A stretch of 64,000 nucleotides of DNA from Saliniramus sp. (GTDB taxonomy: Bacteria; Pseudomonadota; Alphaproteobacteria; Rhizobiales; Beijerinckiaceae), in NCBI GenBank assembly GCA_041686895.1, contig JAWLCY010000017.1, forward strand, positions 2,490 through 66,489. The letters are read 5' to 3'. The notes under the pieces are model-generated. The model ran no database searches and was not told the DNA's origin. It worked only from the letters and a program-made list of their open reading frames with translations. Positions 58,914 to 64,000 of the stretch are shown piece after piece. The translations under genes were made by a program, and so were the position numbers. Within the stretch, counting starts at the first letter, position 1. Each line of letters starts with the position of its first letter.

Positions 58914-60335
58914 TCACAGCGGGAGCGTCGTCTCGCCCATCAGCGCCTCGTCGATCGCCCGCGCCGCCTGGCGTCCCTCGCGGATCGCCCACACCACGAG
59001 GGACTGGCCCCGGCGCATGTCGCCGGCGACGAAGACCTTCTCGGCGGAGGTGCGGTAGCTCCGGTCATCCGCCTGGACATTGCCGCGCCGGTCGAGCGCC
59101 ACGTCCGCATCGCTGATCAGCCCCTCCGCCGCAGCGCCCGCGAAGCCGATGGCGATGAAGACGAGATCGGCCTTGATGATGAACTCCGTCCCCGGAATCG
59201 GCTGGCGCTTCTCGTCGACGCGGGCGCAGCGCACGCCCGCGACCTTGCCCTTCTTGCCCTCGATCGAGAGCGTGGCCGCCTGGAATTCGCGCTCCGCGCC
59301 CTCGGCCTGGCTCGAGGAGGTGCGGAACTTCGTCGGCCAGTACGGCCAGACCGCGAGCTTGTCCTCGATCTCCGGCGGGCGCGGGCGGATGTCGAGCTGC
59401 GTCACGGCCAGCGCGCCCTGGCGGAAGGCGGTGCCGATGCAGTCGGAGGCCGTGTCGCCGCCGCCGATGACCACCACATGCTTGCCGCCGGCCACGAGCT
59501 CCTCGTCCTCGAGCTCCTCCTGGTTCACGCGCTTGTTGGATTGCGTGAGATAGGGCATGGCGTAGTGCACGCCGTCGAGCTCCATGCCGGGAAGCTGCGG
59601 GTCGCGCGGACGCTCCGCCCCGCCGGCCATCAGGACCGCGTCGAACTCGTTGTGCAGGCTCGCGAAGCTCTTCGTCACGCCGATATTCACGCCGCAATGG
59701 AAGACGACCCCCTCGGCTTCCATCTGCTTCACGCGCCGCTCGATGTGATGCTTCTCCATCTTGAAGTCGGGAATGCCGTAACGCAGGAGCCCGCCCGGCT
59801 TGGCCTCGCGCTCGAAGACATGGACCTCGTGACCGACCCGCGCGAGCTGCTGCGCCGCGGCGAGCCCGGCCGGGCCGGAGCCGATGATCGCCACGCGCTT
59901 GCCCGTCAGCGTCTTCGGCGGCTCCGGCTTCACCCAGCCCATGTCCCAGGCCTTGTCGGCGATGGCCTGCTCGATCGTCTTGATGGTGACGGGCTGGTTC
60001 TCGAGGTTGAGCGTGCAGGCCTCCTCGCAGGGCGCCGGGCAGATGCGGCCCGTGAATTCCGGAAAGTTGTTCGTCGAGTGGAGATCCCGCGCGGCCTCCT
60101 CCCAGTCGCCCTGGAAGACGAGGTCGTTCCAGTCAGGAATCTGGTTGTGAACCGGGCAGCCGGTCGGGCCATGGCAGAAGGGAATGCCGCAATCCATGCA
60201 GCGGGCCGCCTGCTTCTTCAGGTCGCCCTCGTCCAGCGGAAGCGTGAACTCCCGGAAATGCCGCACGCGATCGCCGGCGAGCTGGTACTTCTGCTCCTGC
60301 CGGTCATATTCGAGAAAGCCCGTTACCTTGCCCAT
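58914..60335 (-). CDS. gltD: glutamate synthase (NADPH) small subunit
   Basis: [12 protein letters not shown]..., [46 protein letters not shown] at 60335. Confidence 0.95.
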   Translation of the reverse strand: MGKVTGFLEYDRQEQKYQLAGDRVRHFREFTLPLDEGDLKKQAARCMDCGIPFCHGPTGCPVHNQIPDWNDLVFQGDWEEAARDLHSTNNFPEFTGRICPAPCEEACTLNLENQPVTIKTIEQAIADKAWDMGWVKPEPPKTLTGKRVAIIGSGPAGLAAAQQLARVGHEVHVFEREAKPGGLLRYGIPDFKMEKHHIERRVKQMEAEGVVFHCGVNIGVTKSFASLHNEFDAVLMAGGAERPRDPQLPGMELDGVHYAMPYLTQSNKRVNQEELEDEELVAGGKHVVVIGGGDTASDCIGTAFRQGALAVTQLDIRPRPPEIEDKLAVWPYWPTKFRTSSSQAEGAEREFQAATLSIEGKKGKVAGVRCARVDEKRQPIPGTEFIIKADLVFIAIGFAGAAAEGLISDADVALDRRGNVQADDRSYRTSAEKVFVAGDMRRGQSLVVWAIREGRQAARAIDEALMGETTLPL

Positions 60336-60420
60336 GGGTGTTTCGTCCCTTGTCGATCTGCCCGCGGACGTCGCCGCGATATCTGTTCGTGTCATCCCCG
60401 GCCGGCTGCGCGAAGCGCGG

Positions 60421-60585
60421 CCGGGGAAGGGGATCATGCCCGGCGCTCGGTGCCGGCGTGTATCTCACAGTCTCAGCCTCGCGGCAGGATCCCCTTCCCG
60501 ACCCTGCGGGTCGCCGGGGATGACGCCGGGGGAGTTCGACGCGTCGTGACGCTCACTCCCGCACCCGCTTACCCCCTCACTCAGC
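60421..60585. repeat. REP/RIME-like intergenic mosaic repeat, copy B (gltB-gltD spacer)
   Basis: ggatccccttcccgaccctgcgggtcgccggggatgac (60487-60524) matches copy A. An inverted partial copy ccggggaaggggatcatgcc lies at 60421-60440. cccgcttaccccctcac (60564-60580) matches copy A module 33998-34016. Confidence 0.5.
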
Positions 60586-63500
60586 GGCAGCCGGCATGCG
60601 CGCGCGCTCCATCTCCCGCAGCGCCCGGCGATATTCCACCGGCATCACCTTCACGAACTTCGTCCGGTAGCTCGCCCAGTCGTCGAGGATCGCCTTCGCG
60701 CGGGTCGAGCCGGTATGATTCATGTGGTTGGTGATCAGCTGCATCAGGCGCTCCTCGTCCTTGCCCGACATGTCGGCCATGACGTCGATGCGTCCCTTGG
60801 TCTCCAGATCCCCGCCATGGTGGTGAAGGCGGCGCATCAGGTCCTCCTCCTCCTCGACGGGTTCGAGATCGACCATGGAGAGATTGCAGCGCTTGGCGAA
60901 GTCCCCGGCCTCGTCGAGCACATAGGCGATCCCGCCCGACATGCCCGCCGCGAAGTTGCGGCCCGTCTGGCCGATGACGACGACGATTCCGCCGGTCATG
61001 TATTCGCAGCCATGGTCGCCGGTGCCCTCGACGACCGCGATCGCGCCGGAATTGCGCACGGCGAAGCGCTCGCCCGCCACGCCGCGGAAATAGCATTCGC
61101 CCGCGATCGCCCCGTAGAGCACCGTGTTGCCGACGATGATCGAGTTCTCGGCCAGGGTGCGGCTCTCCGCCGAGGGACGGATGATCAGCTTCCCGCCGGA
61201 AAGGCCCTTCCCGACATAATCGTTCGCCTCGCCCGCGAGATCGAGCGTCACGCCGGTGGCGAGCCAGGCGCCGAAGCTTTGCCCGGCGGTGCCGGTCAGC
61301 TTCACCGTGATCGTGTCATCGGGCAGCCCGTCATGGCCATGGCGCTTCACGACCTCGCCCGAGAGCATCGCGCCGACAGTGCGGTCGACGTTGCGGACCT
61401 GCGCCTCGATGACCACGGGCTCTTCCGTCTCGATCGCCGCCTGCGCCTGCGCGATCAGCCTGCGGTCAAGCACATCGTCGATCGGATGGGCCTGCCGCTC
61501 CACATGGCGGATGGCGACCTCGGGGCCGACCTCCGGCTTGTGGAAGATGCGGCTGAAATCGAGGCCCTTCGCCTTCCAGTGGTCGATCGCCTCGCGCTTG
61601 TCGAGGAGATCGGAGCGTCCGATCAGGTCCTCGAGCTTCGCGAAGCCCATCTCGGCCATCATCTCGCGCAGCTCTTCGGCCACGAAGAAGAAATAGTTGA
61701 TGACGTGTTCGGGCAGGCCCTTGAAGCGCTTGCGCAGCACCGGATCCTGCGTCGCGACGCCGACCGGGCAGGTGTTGAGGTGACACTTGCGCATCATGAT
61801 GCAGCCAGCGGCGATCAGCGGAGCTGTCGAGAAGCCGAACTCGTCCGCTCCCAGCAGCGCGCCGATCAGCACGTCGCGCCCGGTGCGCAGGCCGCCGTCG
61901 ACCTGCAGCGCGATCCGGCCGCGCAGGCGGTTGAGCACGAGCGTCTGATGCGTCTCGGCAAGACCCATCTCCCAGGGCGAACCCGCATGCTTGATCGAGG
62001 TGAGCGGCGATGCGCCGGTCCCCCCCTCGAAGCCGGAGATGGTGATATGGTCCGCCCGCGCCTTGGCGACGCCCGCCGCCACGGTGCCGACGCCGACCTC
62101 CGAGACGAGCTTGACCGAGACATCCGCCGACGGATTGACGTTCTTCAGATCGAAGATCAGCTGCGCGAGGTCCTCGATCGAATAGATGTCGTGATGCGGC
62201 GGCGGGGAGATCAGCCCCACGCCCGGCGTCGAGTGGCGCAGCCGCGCGATCACCGCATCCACCTTGTGGCCGGGCAGCTGGCCGCCCTCGCCGGGCTTTG
62301 CGCCCTGCGCCACCTTGATCTGCATGACATCGGAATTGACGAGGTATTCCGTCGTCACCCCGAACCGGCCCGACGCGACCTGCTTGATCGAGGAGCGCTT
62401 CGAGCGCCCGTCCGCCAGCGGCTGGAAGCGGGACGCATCCTCCCCGCCCTCCCCCGTATTCGAGCGCGCGCCGATCTCGTTCATGGCGAGCGCCAGGGTC
62501 TCGTGCGCCTCCTTCGAGATCGCGCCGAGGGACATCGCGCCCGTGGCGAAGCGCTTCACGATCTCGGAAGCGGGCTCGACTGCGTCGAGGGCGATCGGCT
62601 TGCGGCCGATCTCCTCCGCCGTCCTGATCCGGAAGAGGCCGCGGATGGTCGCGAGCGCCGTCTCCTGCTCGTTCACCAGCCGCGCGAATTCGCGGTAGCG
62701 CTCGTCAGCCTTGAGGCGCACGGCGTGCTGGAGGGTCGCGACCGTGTCCGGATTCCAGGCATGGGCCTCGCCGCGCAGGCGATAGGCGTAGTCGCCTCCC
62801 ACGCCCAGCGAGTCGCGGAAGACCGGCGAGGAGCCGAAGGCCTCGTCGTGGCGGATCAGCGCCTCGCGGGCGATCTCGTCGATGCCGACGCCCTCGATCA
62901 TGGTCGCGGTGCCGAAGAAGTAGCGCGCGATCAGCTCCGACTTGAGCCCGACGGCGTCGAAGATCTGCGCGCCGCAATAGGATTGATAGGTCGAGATGCC
63001 CATCTTCGACATGACCTTGAGGAGGCCCTTGTCGATCGCCTTGATGTAGCGCTGGACGATCTCCCCGTCATCGACCTCCGGCGGAATCTCATCGCGCATG
63101 GAAAGAAGGGTGTCGAAGGCGAGATAGGGGTTGATCGCCTCCGCGCCATAACCCGCGAGGCAGGCGAAATGATGCACCTCGCGCGGTTCGCCGCTCTCGA
63201 CAACGAGGCCGACCGAGGTGCGCAGGCCCTTGCGGATCAGGTGGCTGTGGACCGCCGCCGTCGCGAGGAGGGCGGGGATCGGGATGCGGTCCGGGCCGAC
63301 CTGCCGGTCCGACAGGATGATGATGTTGTAGCCCCCGTGAACGGCGGCCTCCGCGCGGTCGCACAGGCGCTCCACCGCGCCCTCCATGCCCGCCGCGCCC
63401 TGCTCGATCGGATAGGTGATGTCGAGCGTCTTGGTGTCGAACCGGTCCTCGAAATGACCGATGCAGCGGATCTTCTCGAGATCCTCGTTGGTGAGGATCG

Positions 63501-64000
63501 GCTGGCGCACCTCGAGCCGCTTGCGCCGCGATGTCCCCTCGAGATCGAGGATGTTGGGCCGCGGGCCGATGAACGAGACGAGGCTCATCACCAGCTCCTC
63601 GCGGATCGGGTCGATCGGCGGGTTCGTCACCTGGGCGAAGTTCTGCTTGAAATAGGTGTAGAGCAGCTTCGACCGGTCGGAGAGCGCGGAGATCGGGGTG
63701 TCCGTCCCCATCGAGCCCACCGCCTCCTGGCCCGTGATCGCCATCGGCTGCATGAGCAGCTTGAGATCCTCCTGCGTATAGCCGAAGACCTGCTGGCGAT
63801 CGAGGAGCGACACGTCCGTGCGGCTCGCGCGCGCCTGGACCGGGCGAAGGTCCTCGAGCACGATCTGCGTGCGCTGCAGCCATTCGCGATAGGGCAAGGC
63901 CGTCGCGAGTTCGGTCTTGATCTCCTCGTCGGCGACGATGCGGCCCTGCTCGAGGTCGATCAGAAGCATCTTGCCGGGCTGGAGCCGCCAGCGCGCGACG
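60577..64000 (-). CDS. gltB: glutamate synthase large subunit (partial; N-terminal ~400 aa lie beyond the window)
   Basis: Central, FMN-binding and GXGXG C-terminal domains are recognisable ([57 protein letters not shown]). The frame stays open to the window edge. Confidence 0.96.
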   Translation of the reverse strand, partial: VARWRLQPGKMLLIDLEQGRIVADEEIKTELATALPYREWLQRTQIVLEDLRPVQARASRTDVSLLDRQQVFGYTQEDLKLLMQPMAITGQEAVGSMGTDTPISALSDRSKLLYTYFKQNFAQVTNPPIDPIREELVMSLVSFIGPRPNILDLEGTSRRKRLEVRQPILTNEDLEKIRCIGHFEDRFDTKTLDITYPIEQGAAGMEGAVERLCDRAEAAVHGGYNIIILSDRQVGPDRIPIPALLATAAVHSHLIRKGLRTSVGLVVESGEPREVHHFACLAGYGAEAINPYLAFDTLLSMRDEIPPEVDDGEIVQRYIKAIDKGLLKVMSKMGISTYQSYCGAQIFDAVGLKSELIARYFFGTATMIEGVGIDEIAREALIRHDEAFGSSPVFRDSLGVGGDYAYRLRGEAHAWNPDTVATLQHAVRLKADERYREFARLVNEQETALATIRGLFRIRTAEEIGRKPIALDAVEPASEIVKRFATGAMSLGAISKEAHETLALAMNEIGARSNTGEGGEDASRFQPLADGRSKRSSIKQVASGRFGVTTEYLVNSDVMQIKVAQGAKPGEGGQLPGHKVDAVIARLRHSTPGVGLISPPPHHDIYSIEDLAQLIFDLKNVNPSADVSVKLVSEVGVGTVAAGVAKARADHITISGFEGGTGASPLTSIKHAGSPWEMGLAETHQTLVLNRLRGRIALQVDGGLRTGRDVLIGALLGADEFGFSTAPLIAAGCIMMRKCHLNTCPVGVATQDPVLRKRFKGLPEHVINYFFFVAEELREMMAEMGFAKLEDLIGRSDLLDKREAIDHWKAKGLDFSRIFHKPEVGPEVAIRHVERQAHPIDDVLDRRLIAQAQAAIETEEPVVIEAQVRNVDRTVGAMLSGEVVKRHGHDGLPDDTITVKLTGTAGQSFGAWLATGVTLDLAGEANDYVGKGLSGGKLIIRPSAESRTLAENSIIVGNTVLYGAIAGECYFRGVAGERFAVRNSGAIAVVEGTGDHGCEYMTGGIVVVIGQTGRNFAAGMSGGIAYVLDEAGDFAKRCNLSMVDLEPVEEEEDLMRRLHHHGGDLETKGRIDVMADMSGKDEERLMQLITNHMNHTGSTRAKAILDDWASYRTKFVKVMPVEYRRALREMERARMPAAAE

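Overview
High-G+C (about two-thirds by eye, not computed) 64-kb chromosomal segment that reads as conserved core genome of an alphaproteobacterium. The synteny blocks are typical of Hyphomicrobiales/Rhizobiales (inference from gene content only): [small Cys-rich protein]-ffh-GNAT-rpsP-rimM-trmD; chvI-chvG-hprK-EIIA(Man)-NPr-ridA beside pckA; gcrA <> argD-argF-hslO; trpS/murJ; rpmF/mtgA; ruvB; serA; lptC-lptA-lptB; rnd; rsmB-heparinaseII/III-like-purH; htpX; gltB-gltD. About 60 protein-coding genes are supported. Coding density is high and several neighbours share overlapping stop/start codons (ATGA, GTGA, TAATG, TGATG). I found no rRNA, tRNA, CRISPR array, transposase, integrase or phage gene. 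The many long ORFs in the track that lie antisense to recognisable genes are treated as high-GC artefacts. I could not identify a convincing novel multi-gene system. The most unusual items are: (1) an orphan HExxH protein divergent from hrpB; (2) a low-G+C leucine-rich-repeat ORF inserted into the gcrA/argD intergenic region next to a dense GANTC (CcrM site) cluster; (3) an OtsA-type trehalose-6-P synthase with a ~250-aa two-TM N-terminal module and an AT-rich upstream island; (4) a chemoreceptor with a C-terminal PilZ domain; (5) in-frame 15-nt tandem repeats in the chvG-hprK operon; (6) a Zur-box-like palindrome in front of a COG0523 GTPase that sits where rpoN usually follows lptB; (7) a two-locus REP/RIME-like intergenic mosaic repeat. 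Start codons were chosen by hand from Shine-Dalgarno context and family N-termini and several remain uncertain. The ORF track evidently allows GTG/TTG starts.
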